IMG/VR virus record: IMGVR_UViG_3300025141_000016
Span: 233,105 to 297,104 of that record
Strand: one strand, 5' to 3'
DNA length: 64,000 bases
Shown in pieces: positions 1 through 9,690 of the stretch. Below the pieces are notes generated by a model, which worked only from the letters and a program-made list of their open reading frames with translations, was not told where the DNA came from and did not search any database. The stretch's first letter is position 1, and each line of letters starts with the position of its first letter. Made by a program: the position numbers and the translations under genes.

Positions 1-2
1 TG

Positions 3-2144
3 ATTCCGGGGCGTTCTGACACATTACTGGAACTGATTGAGGGGGCGGGGTTCCAAGGACGCGCAGCACAGCGTTACGCCGACCGATTCCGTGAAACCCT
101 CGCTCAACAAAGCCGAGAGGTTGCCGCCAGCGCAAGTCGAGTCGCTGCCCGCTACCTCGTCGCAGACTGCAATCTGCGGCTTCCCTCTCATTCATGGATT
201 GACCCCAAGGGGAAGGTTCATTTGGTTCCCCTTATGCACGATGTCTGGGCCGAGGAAAAGATACGATCTACGCCCTCGATGCTGCGTTCGTTTGTGAAAC
301 GCTACAGGGAATACTATCCCGATGAACTCTATGAGATCGACCATCCGTGGACCAGTTTTCTGGTTGACCAAGGTTGGGTGAGGGTGGCGAACTTTCTGAA
401 CTTTGAGGGGAGAGATCACCTTGTTTCCCCGCACGCTTGGGAGTCAGCCGCAGACCTCATCATCAACTGTGTGGTCAAGAAGCAGCTTGACCCCGAGACT
501 ACTGTCGTGACGGTCGCTGGATATGGGAAGCAGCGATACTCGGTGTCCCAGATCGTCAGGGAATGGGGTGGGCGCAAGGCCGAGGATCGGTTGTTTGGGG
601 CACTCATGGCCCGCACCGCTGCCCGACTTTGGTATCACGGGACTGAAAAGCGTTTTGAAGAGTTCAAGACCTTTGAGAGCCACACGTTTGGGTCTGACCC
701 CTCCGAAGTGCCTCTGTTCTTCTCGCCCTCCAAGTCCTTTGCAAAGATGCACGCCCAAGGACCGAAGGGGGTCATCTACACGGCGCGGCTGAAGTGGCGC
801 AAGGTGTTTGATAGCGCCAACTTGTATCGGGAATCTCGGTACTGGCCCCCCGAACGTGACGCTCTGACCCAAGAGGGGAAGGCCCTGTACGACGACCTCG
901 TAGGGGGCAAGGTGTTTCCCGGCATTGATGAAGACGATCTGCTTGACGGGTATCCGAGTCTTTGGTCGCAGGTGCTCCGTATGGATTACGATGTGATTGA
1001 AACGACGGAGTTCAAGCGGTGGCTCAAAAAGAACGGTTACGACGCGGCTTATGTCACGGGAGATGGTGAGCAGAACGTGTTTGTCTTCTCCCCGAGACAG
1101 GTCGAGGTTGTGGGCGTGCAAAGGGCCTCCGCATCCGTTTCTGCTTCCCGTGTCGCTGCTCGCCATCCCGTCGTGGACATTGACCCCAGCAAAGTAAAGT
1201 TCAAGATCCGATCCAGTAGCGATGCTGTGGCTGTGGAAATGCGGTATGGCGGTAAGCGCATTGGCGGCATGAACGCCCACAAGGTCCGTTATCCAGAAGA
1301 GAAGGACTGCCCTCGGGACGTTACCGCGTTGGCTGAACGCTTCCCCGAGTTGGTGACGGGAGAATGGAAGCGCAGCGATGGTGAGGTGTGGCGATACATC
1401 ACCGCGCTGGCCGTCTTCAAAGCGTTCATCACCGAGGAGGAGTTTCGGGGGTATGGGCTCGGCAAGAAGATGTATAAGGCACTGATGGGGGCTTGGTTCA
1501 AGAAGGTCGGACCATTTCTTTTCATGCCCTATAAGTGTGACGGGGGTTCGGGCACGTCACCAGACGCGATGCGGGTTTGGCACTCTTTAGCCAAGGAGTT
1601 TCCATCAAGTGGCGACGTGGTTGCGGTGATGAAGAATCCGCGTGTGGCTCGGGGGCAGTTACCCCAGTACCGAAAGAGGGCACACACCCCCGACTCCAGC
1701 GAGGAGGTCGAGAACTGGGTGGATGACTTTGGGCGGGAAAACAACTACACGCCTGGAACCTGTGACCTCAACCGTGGCGACTGCGACATGATGTCAAACG
1801 TCTTCGCGGACTGGTTTGAGGACCAGACTGGCGTGGGGCTTCAGATATGGGCCGGTCAGGGGTTCATCCCTCCTCTCGGGAAGGATGCCAATGACCTCTG
1901 GGTCATGCTTTCGGGGGACAAAGCCCACAAGAAAGGCGAGAAACCCCTCTCCCATGTGGTCGTCGTCTGGGGGGATTGGGTCATTGACCTTACAGGTCGT
2001 CAGTTCGGTTCCAAGTACAAGGCCCCTGTGTACTCTCTTTCGGAGTTCAAGAAGCGGTGGGCCACCGTTGGGAAGGCCCGTCGGGCTGACCGAGGGATCA
2101 ACAACCTCCGACGGATGATGCTCCAGAACTCCAGCGATTGGTAG
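3..2144 (+). CDS. Tag-B polyprotein, 5'-truncated: unknown domain + ART-like + GNAT + transglutaminase/papain-like domain
   Basis: Frame of ORF 222..2144 is open back to the window start and includes ASASRVAARYL (129-158). ART-like: WYHGT..FFSPS..GYDA..VFSPRQV. GNAT: EFRGYGLGKKMY. C-H-D triad: GDCDMMS..SHVVV..IDLTGRQF. Confidence 0.75.
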   Translation: MPGRSDTLLELIEGAGFQGRAAQRYADRFRETLAQQSREVAASASRVAARYLVADCNLRLPSHSWIDPKGKVHLVPLMHDVWAEEKIRSTPSMLRSFVKRYREYYPDELYEIDHPWTSFLVDQGWVRVANFLNFEGRDHLVSPHAWESAADLIINCVVKKQLDPETTVVTVAGYGKQRYSVSQIVREWGGRKAEDRLFGALMARTAARLWYHGTEKRFEEFKTFESHTFGSDPSEVPLFFSPSKSFAKMHAQGPKGVIYTARLKWRKVFDSANLYRESRYWPPERDALTQEGKALYDDLVGGKVFPGIDEDDLLDGYPSLWSQVLRMDYDVIETTEFKRWLKKNGYDAAYVTGDGEQNVFVFSPRQVEVVGVQRASASVSASRVAARHPVVDIDPSKVKFKIRSSSDAVAVEMRYGGKRIGGMNAHKVRYPEEKDCPRDVTALAERFPELVTGEWKRSDGEVWRYITALAVFKAFITEEEFRGYGLGKKMYKALMGAWFKKVGPFLFMPYKCDGGSGTSPDAMRVWHSLAKEFPSSGDVVAVMKNPRVARGQLPQYRKRAHTPDSSEEVENWVDDFGRENNYTPGTCDLNRGDCDMMSNVFADWFEDQTGVGLQIWAGQGFIPPLGKDANDLWVMLSGDKAHKKGEKPLSHVVVVWGDWVIDLTGRQFGSKYKAPVYSLSEFKKRWATVGKARRADRGINNLRRMMLQNSSDW

Positions 2145-2366
2145 CTACCGTTTGAGGAAGGCGGCGGCGACACCCCATCCCTTCGACGTGAGCCGACGGG
2201 GCTCTTTCTTGGTGATCCAGCCCTTTGTCAGTGCATGGTGGTGGTAGGGGCAAGGCCCCGAAACCGGGATGGAACCCAGAGGGTTTTTCAAGCAGTGGTC
2301 GGCCCACTTGATCATCACCTTCCGAGTCATCTGGTTGATGAACGCCTCTTCGCCTTTCGATCTCAT
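2145..2366 (-). CDS. Small hypothetical protein
   Basis: ATG at 2366 preceded by AGGAG; stop abuts the stop of the convergent gene. Confidence 0.55.
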   Translation of the reverse strand: MRSKGEEAFINQMTRKVMIKWADHCLKNPLGSIPVSGPCPYHHHALTKGWITKKEPRRLTSKGWGVAAAFLKR

Positions 2367-2416
2367 AGGTATCTCCTGCCCCACTATACCGAGGGGGTGC
2401 GCTTCATCTGTACCCC

Positions 2417-2431
2417 CGGTACTCATGCTAT
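2417..2431 (+). promoter_or_regulatory. Class I (late-type) motif, variant
   Basis: CGGTAC-tcatg-CTAT, before ATG 2461. Confidence 0.6.
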
Positions 2432-2460
2432 GGGCACACGAGAATGAGAGAGCACCGCCT

Positions 2461-3474
2461 ATGTCCGAACTTCACCTGTATGACTTCGACGGAACACTGT
2501 TCCGAAGTCCCCATGAGCCTGCGGTGTGGGATGGTCAGTGGTGGAACGACGTGCGCTCCCTGATCCCCCCGTGTGTCCCACAGAAGCCGGGGGCTGATTG
2601 GTGGGTCAACCAAACTGTCAGCAGTGCCAAGCAGTCGATCTCCGACCCAGACGTGTTTGCCATGATGATCACAGGGAGGAATGCAAACTCGGGTCTTCGG
2701 TTCCGGGTGCCAGAACTCCTCAAACAGCGAGGGCTCAACTTCGATGAGGTCCATCTGACCCCCGTTAGCAGCACCCTGGGGTACAAGAAGAAGCTGCTGG
2801 GGAATACGTTGGGGCGGTATCCCCTCATCGACACCGTGCGGATGTGGGACGACAGACCCTCACACCTCCGAGCCTTCGCGCAGGTTGCGGAGAAGATGGG
2901 GATTGACCCCGAAAACATCCATGCCACCCAGGTCCGGGCCAAGTCCAAAGACCCCGAGTGCGAAGAAGACAGCCCAGCAGGGGGTGGTTTCCTGTCAGAC
3001 CCCCCTCCAATCGGAGACGTGTGCCGATATGTAGGGGTTTTTCTTGATGCTTCTTCCAAGGCAGCCCTGTCACATGCGTTCCCTTTTGCCCACAACAAGA
3101 TCAAGAACGACCATGTGACCCTCTGCCTTGGCCCCGCTCTTGGGGGAAACATAGCGGAGGGTGCCCTCGATCTCCTGGGAACGAAGGTACGCATGAAGGT
3201 GATTGGCTACGCCGAGGATGAGGATGGGCAAGCAGTAGTGGTTTCTGTTCCCCCCGGACTCATCTCGGACGCTTCCAGAATCCCTCATGTCACCTTGTCC
3301 ATCTCGGACTCGGTGCAGTCCAAGTACAGCAACACTCTCCTCCGCAAAGGGTGGGAGCGTGTTCGCGGCCCCGCCATCAGTGGGGTGATTGATATGTTTC
3401 CGCGCTCCATGCGAAGGCAAGCAAGTGCAGTTCGGGTAGCCTTCCTGCATTCTCGCTTGGGCCGTAGCGGGTAG
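2461..3474 (+). CDS. HAD-family (Swiss-army-knife type) phosphatase fused to 2H phosphoesterase; RNA end-healing enzyme; C-terminal tag B
   Basis: YDFDGTLF..ITGR..WDDR (HAD) and two HVTL motifs (2H). Start moved to ATG 2461, 30 nt after a class I motif. Confidence 0.8.
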   Translation: MSELHLYDFDGTLFRSPHEPAVWDGQWWNDVRSLIPPCVPQKPGADWWVNQTVSSAKQSISDPDVFAMMITGRNANSGLRFRVPELLKQRGLNFDEVHLTPVSSTLGYKKKLLGNTLGRYPLIDTVRMWDDRPSHLRAFAQVAEKMGIDPENIHATQVRAKSKDPECEEDSPAGGGFLSDPPPIGDVCRYVGVFLDASSKAALSHAFPFAHNKIKNDHVTLCLGPALGGNIAEGALDLLGTKVRMKVIGYAEDEDGQAVVVSVPPGLISDASRIPHVTLSISDSVQSKYSNTLLRKGWERVRGPAISGVIDMFPRSMRRQASAVRVAFLHSRLGRSG

Positions 3475-3483
3475 CCTCTCTAT
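3469..3483 (+). promoter_or_regulatory. Class I motif
   Basis: GGGTAG-cctct-CTAT, before 3513. Confidence 0.7.
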
Positions 3484-3512
3484 CAAGGCTCCCACCGTAG
3501 AGGTATTCGTTT

Positions 3513-4838
3513 ATGGCCCATGACGACGATGCAAAGAAAACCAGTGAGACTCCGTTTTCTCTGACGCAGAACCCCGCTCCGAACCCTGTGACGGGGTTGG
3601 CGTACAAGACCCAGAAACGGGATCTTGTAGAGAAGATCCTGGCGACGTTCCGGTCTGTGCTGCCGAGCAACTATGTCGCACAGGTCAATGGCCCCTGGTA
3701 CTCGTTGCAGTTTCAGGCGATGGCCGAGCAGTTGGCCGAGATCCAAATCTTGGGGACCGAGGTCTACAAAGACTCTGATTGGGACTTCACGCGCACAGAC
3801 TTCTTGTGGCAAGTGCTGGGGTCACTCGTTTTTCCAGGGGCGACTGACCGCTCGGGCATCCCGGCCATCGACGGGGACACCGCCTATCGGCAGTTCCTAC
3901 ATAAGATGGTGTTGTTTCTGTTGGACGGAGCCACCAAAGCCAGCCTGGAAAGAGGGTTAGAGGCCCTTGATCCCGATGTGGTGGCCACCATCACCGAGAG
4001 GTATCTGGAGTCCCCCCCTCGTGATGAAGATGGGGCCTTCACCATTGATGACCAGTTCGTCATCGACGTTTTCATCGAGGGGGCAGCACCCAACACCTTC
4101 CCTGCTGACCCCTTCGTTCTCCAGCAGAACGCGGAACTGGTGCTGGCAGCCTTGAAGCCAGCGCACGTCATCTATTCGTACTCCTACTTGTTCCGCGATG
4201 CCTTCGACAAGATCGCGGATGACAGTGGGGGCCTTTCCCTTGATCTCGACTCCTATTACTACGCCGACCTGCGGAAGTGGTGTCTGGGTGCCCAGCGCAT
4301 CACCGGATCCGGGGACACCCTCACCAACCGGATGCACTTTTCGGACCCCACCAAGTCCTTCCAGAACGTCCGGGCTGGGGCAATCCTCACCTTATCCGCT
4401 GGTGCTAACAAGGGTCGCTATCGGGTGGTGTCAAAGAGGGTTCTCCTGGGGGGCATCGACCCAACATCAGTGACCTACACCCTCTCCACGTCCCTTGTTC
4501 TCACAGGGACTCTGACCGCTCCTGGCGTGGATACGGTGACATTGAGCGCGGCCCCTGATTGGAGCCTCATCCCAGTGGACACCACCATCACCATTGGAAG
4601 TGGGATCAACGCTGGGACGTATCGCTTGGACACAGTGCTGGGGCCAACGGGAGGACCAGTGGGAACTGTTGGGATCAGTGGCGCACAGGTGCGCCTGTCC
4701 CCCAGCATCCTTCAGGTGGAACGCCGAATGTTGAGCACGTTGAATGCTCAAGCCTATGAGGTCGGTGTGGATCGACTCGGGGTACAACTCCCCCACGTTG
4801 TTGCTGGTGAGAACGTCTCCACCCAGTTCCTTTTGTGA
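3513..4838 (+). CDS. Probable baseplate wedge / tail-formation protein
   Basis: DTAYRQFL..GATKASLE..ALKPAHV pattern typical of baseplate protein I-like proteins; beta-rich C-terminus; class I promoter. Confidence 0.6.
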   Translation: MAHDDDAKKTSETPFSLTQNPAPNPVTGLAYKTQKRDLVEKILATFRSVLPSNYVAQVNGPWYSLQFQAMAEQLAEIQILGTEVYKDSDWDFTRTDFLWQVLGSLVFPGATDRSGIPAIDGDTAYRQFLHKMVLFLLDGATKASLERGLEALDPDVVATITERYLESPPRDEDGAFTIDDQFVIDVFIEGAAPNTFPADPFVLQQNAELVLAALKPAHVIYSYSYLFRDAFDKIADDSGGLSLDLDSYYYADLRKWCLGAQRITGSGDTLTNRMHFSDPTKSFQNVRAGAILTLSAGANKGRYRVVSKRVLLGGIDPTSVTYTLSTSLVLTGTLTAPGVDTVTLSAAPDWSLIPVDTTITIGSGINAGTYRLDTVLGPTGGPVGTVGISGAQVRLSPSILQVERRMLSTLNAQAYEVGVDRLGVQLPHVVAGENVSTQFLL

Positions 4839-4845
4839 GGCGGCG

Positions 4846-5667
4846 ATGACCCCTTCAAGCCAACGTGTAGCTTCCCGGTGGGCGAAGTCCCAAGCCAACT
4901 GGACGCTGCCCTATCTGGAAAAACTCATCAAGGCAGCCGAGGGTGACCCCACAGGGTGGGGGGAGAGTAGTCCTGCCGCCCGCGTCCTGCGGCAGATGAT
5001 CAAGTCCTCCGGGTTCGGGAACCTTGACCCGTTCCCAGTAGGTGAACTGTGGGACTACTTGACCTCATACGATGTGGACTCCGACGAGATCGCGGTGTTG
5101 AAGAAAGTTCGACCCCCCCGAGCACGGAAAAGGAAGGTAGGTCCGACATTCTACGAAGCACTACGCGCCTTTGAGCAGGCAACGGGGAAACACACGACCA
5201 CATCCCGCATTGACTGGGACAACGACCACCACTTGGCCCCGGCATTGTTGGCGATCACCAAAGCCGTCTCCAAGTTGCCCAAGCGGGCTGCCCGCCTCTG
5301 GCAGTCGGAAGTCAAGGAGGTGATGCTGGTCGGGCGCAACAAGAGCACCGAGGATGCCTCTTGGCGGGCCGGTGGCGTGATGCGTTTAGTGCTCGGAAAG
5401 AGTGGTTTCCACTCTGTGTCCCAAAGCGTTCCCCCCTGGCGCTCCCACATTGTCCATGAACTCGGGCACGCACTGGAGGACAAGTTGAATCTGGTGGTGA
5501 CCGCTTGGTCCTCGGACCCCTACGGCCATGAACCATACATTTCGGCATACGCGGACACGAACGCCTCGGAGGACTTTGCCGAGACGTTTCAGGCTTTGGA
5601 GATGGAGCCGAGCCGCCTACGACGAGTAGCCCCTGCCAAGTATGAGGACATGAAGGCTCGCTTTTGA
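4846..5667 (+). CDS. Tag-B protein with zincin metallopeptidase domain
   Basis: HELGH followed by SAYADTNASEDFAE; N-terminal SSQRVASRW; start moved to ATG 4846. Confidence 0.75.
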   Translation: MTPSSQRVASRWAKSQANWTLPYLEKLIKAAEGDPTGWGESSPAARVLRQMIKSSGFGNLDPFPVGELWDYLTSYDVDSDEIAVLKKVRPPRARKRKVGPTFYEALRAFEQATGKHTTTSRIDWDNDHHLAPALLAITKAVSKLPKRAARLWQSEVKEVMLVGRNKSTEDASWRAGGVMRLVLGKSGFHSVSQSVPPWRSHIVHELGHALEDKLNLVVTAWSSDPYGHEPYISAYADTNASEDFAETFQALEMEPSRLRRVAPAKYEDMKARF

Positions 5668-5673
5668 GGGGTG

Positions 5674-5688
5674 CGGTAAGTCCTCTAT
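5674..5688 (+). promoter_or_regulatory. Class I motif
   Basis: CGGTAA-gtcct-CTAT, before 5720. Confidence 0.75.
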
Positions 5689-5719
5689 TGATTGGTGTGG
5701 CGTAGAGGAGACTTCTCGT

Positions 5720-6097
5720 ATGTCTGACCAACCCAGTACCCGGCGAGTGGCCCGTGCGTTCCAAGCGGCACGAAACACCCGCCGCCTCAAAGAAGCCCTG
5801 GAGGCATACCTCCACTCCATCCAAATCGAATCCGAGCAGATGATGGATGACCCCAAGTGGGGGAAGGGGGGCAAGTATGACCCCGTAGCGGATGCCGGTG
5901 TTTGGATCGGGGACCGGGCCAAGGACGAAGCGGGGGCCGATGTGGTGCTCCACTTTGATGGGGCTGGGTATGACTATTTCTACTACGGGTCACGCATGGC
6001 TGAACCTCACCGCAAGGCGGTGAGGGCCATCGCCAAGAAGCTGGGCTACGAGATGGAAGACAACACCAACTGGAACATCGGCTTCTACCCGAGATAA
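5720..6097 (+). CDS. Tag-B hypothetical protein
   Basis: N-terminal STRRVARAF; RBS and class I motif upstream. Confidence 0.7.
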   Translation: MSDQPSTRRVARAFQAARNTRRLKEALEAYLHSIQIESEQMMDDPKWGKGGKYDPVADAGVWIGDRAKDEAGADVVLHFDGAGYDYFYYGSRMAEPHRKAVRAIAKKLGYEMEDNTNWNIGFYPR

Positions 6098-6134
6098 CCG
6101 CTAAAGGAGAGGCCAATGCCCACCAACGACGGAC

Positions 6135-6527
6135 CTACGCCGAGTCAGATACAGCGGGGGTAGCCAGCGCACCCACCCGAACCAGAACTTCCTCACACGC
6201 CGCATCTATGAAGGTGTCGGTCATCCGAAGTAGTCGTAGTCGGACTCGTTCGGCCAAGTCCTTCCGGTCCAGGGGCTCTGCGGATCCATTCTCCCGCTCG
6301 GAAATCGTGACGAGAGCCAAGAGATAGGCTTCATGCCGAAGCATCTCCACGAACAGAGAATGACCTGCTTGGGCCAGACCCCCAGAGGGCCACCCCCCCA
6401 TCACTTCTGCATCAGTGTCCGAGGCTGGGCGATGTGAGGTCTGGAGGGAACCGTCGTTGAGGTTGTGCCTCATCTCCAAGATGAGACGCACGACTTCCAC
6501 ATCAGCTTCGGGGGTTTTGTTTTCCAT
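6135..6527 (-). CDS. Hypothetical protein
   Basis: ORF; start moved to ATG 6527, just downstream of a class II motif. Confidence 0.65.
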   Translation of the reverse strand: MENKTPEADVEVVRLILEMRHNLNDGSLQTSHRPASDTDAEVMGGWPSGGLAQAGHSLFVEMLRHEAYLLALVTISERENGSAEPLDRKDLAERVRLRLLRMTDTFIDAACEEVLVRVGALATPAVSDSA

Positions 6528-6536
6528 GCTGCACCT

Positions 6537-6564
6537 TACCCGGAGGGGTCGCCTTTCAGACCCC
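6537..6564 (-). promoter_or_regulatory. Class II (early/middle-type) motif
   Basis: GGGGT-N18-GGGTA, before ATG 6527. Confidence 0.6.
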
Positions 6565-6600
6565 TGTGGCCGCTCGCGCAATCATCACGGACACCGCTGT

Positions 6601-8631
6601 TTAGGGGGTGCTGGCGTGGGCATCGAAGTCAATCTCGCAGGAACCCCCCATGCAAGCAAGGGTCTGTGCGCCCTGGCCCATGTCCTCTGTCTCGTAGCGG
6701 GAGAGGAGTCCGTAATCGACGGTGGGAAAGTCCTCACTCAACCGTAGGTATTCTTCCTCGGTGATCTTCGTGTAGGGGGCGAGTTCGTAGTTGCCCCCAT
6801 CGTAGGGGAGAAACGAGAGGCCGGTCACTTCATCGAAGTGCGTGTAGAGCCAGTTCCCTACCTCGTCCCACTCATGGTCACGAACGTAGACGGTGGCACT
6901 CTGGTTGTGGCCGCGCCGAGAGCACCACGTCTGCATGATGTGAAGGTAGCGTCCAAGCTGTTCCAAAGCAGTCTCATCGTCGCGGGTCATGCACCCCTTG
7001 GGGGCCTTCACGGGGAACTCGACCACCCATGTAGGACATTCATCATCAGGTCCGTCCTTGTATTTCACGTCCTTGTGGACAGGAGCACCCGAGTCGCGAA
7101 TGAGGTGGAAGAGAGGATCGGTGGCACTGACCCGCACGCGACGGATGTAGAACGGTGACCACCGTGTGTGGAACCCGCTCGCACAATCCACAGCCTGTGA
7201 ACTGTTGCCACTCGGCTTCCCACAGGCCACCGAAGCGGGCATCGGAATGTTGAGGTGAGCCGAGGCTGCGGCAGCAGTTTCCAGGGCCACGCGGTTGAAG
7301 TAGGTCATGGCCTTGGGGTCATTGGACAGGGTGGGGTTGTCACAGTGCCCGGTAATGTCCACTCCCAGGAGCCGGTCCTCATCACAGTGCTTCTTCCAAG
7401 CCGGACGGAGGTACGGGAAGTGGGTGAAGGACGCTTGAATCGCGCCGATCCAAGTAGCCACCTTGACCTTTTCAGCGAAGGAATGAACAGTGTCGTCGGC
7501 TCGCATGACAGCAGCCGAGAGATTGCAGAACTGGCCTCCACCCCCTTCGCCGGTCCAGGGGTCTTCCGCTACCGCGTAGCGGAGTAGGATCTCCCCACAC
7601 GGGTTGGAGCGCATGTCTCCACGGCGTTCTCGACGCTTGGCGCTCGGGATCATGTAAAACCCACGCTCACCGCTGCCGCTGTTCCGTAGGGCGGCCCACT
7701 CTGCATCGAAGGTCTGACGGTCAGGCTTATCGCTCCAGAATGCAGACAGGTTCGCCATGTATCGGTGCTCGGGAAACTTGCCTCGGCTCCAGTCTTTCGC
7801 GTGGCGCATCTCCTCGTCGTCAGGGTCAGAGAAGCAGATGAGAGCAGCACGACGCACACCCCCTGCCTTGACGATCTCTCCGATCATGCAGCAAATGTCG
7901 CTGACCTCCAACGAGGTCAGGTGTCGGCCCGAGGCCCCGTCGATGACCTCCTGGCAGAACTCCAAGAGAAGACGTAGAGGTTTTGGCCCGGAAGCCCTGC
8001 CCCCTTTCGTCATGCACCGTGAACCTTCAAGTCGGATCAGGGAGTAGTCGAACTCGACCGTATAGCCCTTCCACATGGAGGTGAGTCCGTGGAACACCGC
8101 GTCGGCCCAACCCTCCGTTGAGTCTGGGATCAGGTACGAGACTGTCTTCCCGTTACGGGGGGCAACCAACGGTAGATTGCTGACGAACTTCCGTTCGACG
8201 GAGTAGCCAACGCCAGTGCCCATCATCAAGATGTAGAGCATCTCCGCGAAGGCCCGCAGGTTGTCCATCGGCAGGAAGGAGCAGTTGTAGATCATCGTGT
8301 TGTCGCGCTCTGCCGCAGGACCAGCCGACCACAATGCCCGCATCGACGGCAGCGTCCCCATCTCCAGCATCCCCTCACGCACTGACTTCAACACCGCTGA
8401 TGGAATGTCCCGATTCCGGTCGATGAAATCCACATATCGGTCCACCGCTTCGGGGTAGACCTCACGCCGAGAGTCCTCTTCCCGCCATCGCAGGTAGGAG
8501 CGTGTGATCACGAACTGGGAGAGGGGGTTGGCGAAGGAGAAGGTAGGTTTGAGGTCCGCATGGAAAACCGTCCCCGGAAGCGTCTGTAGGCCATCTGTAT
8601 TGTGTGCGGCGGGGGGGCGTGGTTGGTCCAT
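6601..8631 (-). CDS. nrdJ: Class II (adenosylcobalamin-dependent) ribonucleotide reductase
   Basis: PSMR..YNC, GGVRRAA, NPCGEI, FCNL, KPSG motifs; C-terminal CxxxxC pair. Confidence 0.92.
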   Translation of the reverse strand: MDQPRPPAAHNTDGLQTLPGTVFHADLKPTFSFANPLSQFVITRSYLRWREEDSRREVYPEAVDRYVDFIDRNRDIPSAVLKSVREGMLEMGTLPSMRALWSAGPAAERDNTMIYNCSFLPMDNLRAFAEMLYILMMGTGVGYSVERKFVSNLPLVAPRNGKTVSYLIPDSTEGWADAVFHGLTSMWKGYTVEFDYSLIRLEGSRCMTKGGRASGPKPLRLLLEFCQEVIDGASGRHLTSLEVSDICCMIGEIVKAGGVRRAALICFSDPDDEEMRHAKDWSRGKFPEHRYMANLSAFWSDKPDRQTFDAEWAALRNSGSGERGFYMIPSAKRRERRGDMRSNPCGEILLRYAVAEDPWTGEGGGGQFCNLSAAVMRADDTVHSFAEKVKVATWIGAIQASFTHFPYLRPAWKKHCDEDRLLGVDITGHCDNPTLSNDPKAMTYFNRVALETAAAASAHLNIPMPASVACGKPSGNSSQAVDCASGFHTRWSPFYIRRVRVSATDPLFHLIRDSGAPVHKDVKYKDGPDDECPTWVVEFPVKAPKGCMTRDDETALEQLGRYLHIMQTWCSRRGHNQSATVYVRDHEWDEVGNWLYTHFDEVTGLSFLPYDGGNYELAPYTKITEEEYLRLSEDFPTVDYGLLSRYETEDMGQGAQTLACMGGSCEIDFDAHASTP

Positions 8632-8688
8632 GTGGTTCCTCTCGGCAGAGCGTGGAGATGATAGGGATTCAGTGCATAAGGGTAAGGG

Positions 8689-9690
8689 CTATCGACCCGT
8701 TACCGAACGGCAACCTTGAAGGAGAGAGGCTACACAAGCCACCCATGGGGCAGGGATGCCTTTGAGTAGCCCTCGGTCGGTGAAGGCAAGATTTCTTACG
8801 AGTTGCTGGAGGGATTTTACCCCCCATTTTCTCGCAGCGGGGATGTGGTCACGACGAACGGCCCATTCGGGCACACCAATGCCGGAGGCGATCCTTTGCC
8901 CATCCCAACCTCGGGCCAGGAGCAGGGACACGCGGAGCCATTGATAAGCCAGATCAGCGGGGCCACCCCGAGCCCGCAATAGGAGCATCGTGGGGTCAGT
9001 GACACTCTTTGCTCGGATCTTGGCGAGGGCTTTCGCAACCCTTACCTCGTCTGCGTTGGCCAATGCTTCCCGTAAGGGTTGCATGTCGGCATCGGGGGAT
9101 CCCCGAACGGTAGCGCGTACATGCTCCACTGTGATGGTGGGTGTTCCCTCTGACCTTGCCAGTGCAGATGCCTTGGCCACTTCAAACGCCAACGTCCCGA
9201 GATCGGTGCCCACCGCTTCGACCCAGCGTTCCCCGAGACGTGGATCGATAGCGTTCTTCTGGCCCATCAGACGTGCCGATTCGGCCACCATAAAACGACC
9301 TGCCAACTTACGTTGGTCCTTACGTTGGGTGGGCCATTTGAAGATGGTCTGGTAAGCCCCGTGGATGGGGGCTGTGGCGGGAAGTTTCTTCTCATCCACG
9401 GCCCCCCTTGCGGTGAGGAGCAAGCATGTCTGGGAAGGCTTCCCCTCGACTTGGACTTTGACCGTCTCGGGGTTCGCGTTCTTGGCCTCGGCTACGACAA
9501 AGGTGGGGAGTCCAAAGGTTGCCCCCATGGAGAGCGCAGCACAGATTTCATCGTCGTCAGCGGCATGAACCACCTCAAACCCGGCGACATGCGCTCCGAG
9601 TATCGCCTCGCGAACCCAGCGCCGTCGCACAAAAGCATTGTCCCCTCCCACAACCATGGCTGCGGGAGGCTTGGCCCAAGACAGCTTCAC
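8689..9690 (-). CDS. holA: DNA polymerase III delta (HolA)-like clamp-loader subunit
   Basis: VVGGDNAF N-terminus, VGTDLGTLAFEVAK, ITVEHV, DRGLLKG; adjacent to a delta-prime-like gene. Confidence 0.65.
   Translation of the reverse strand: MKLSWAKPPAAMVVGGDNAFVRRRWVREAILGAHVAGFEVVHAADDDEICAALSMGATFGLPTFVVAEAKNANPETVKVQVEGKPSQTCLLLTARGAVDEKKLPATAPIHGAYQTIFKWPTQRKDQRKLAGRFMVAESARLMGQKNAIDPRLGERWVEAVGTDLGTLAFEVAKASALARSEGTPTITVEHVRATVRGSPDADMQPLREALANADEVRVAKALAKIRAKSVTDPTMLLLRARGGPADLAYQWLRVSLLLARGWDGQRIASGIGVPEWAVRRDHIPAARKWGVKSLQQLVRNLAFTDRGLLKGIPAPWVACVASLLQGCRSVTGR

Noticed and set aside
2140-2149. Palindrome GGTAGCTACC
   Set aside because: Explained by two convergent TAG stops placed back to back.
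3469-3483. Class I motif as an artefact of Arg-stop codon context
   Set aside because: Most sites are independent of stop codons and keep the CTAT at fixed spacing.
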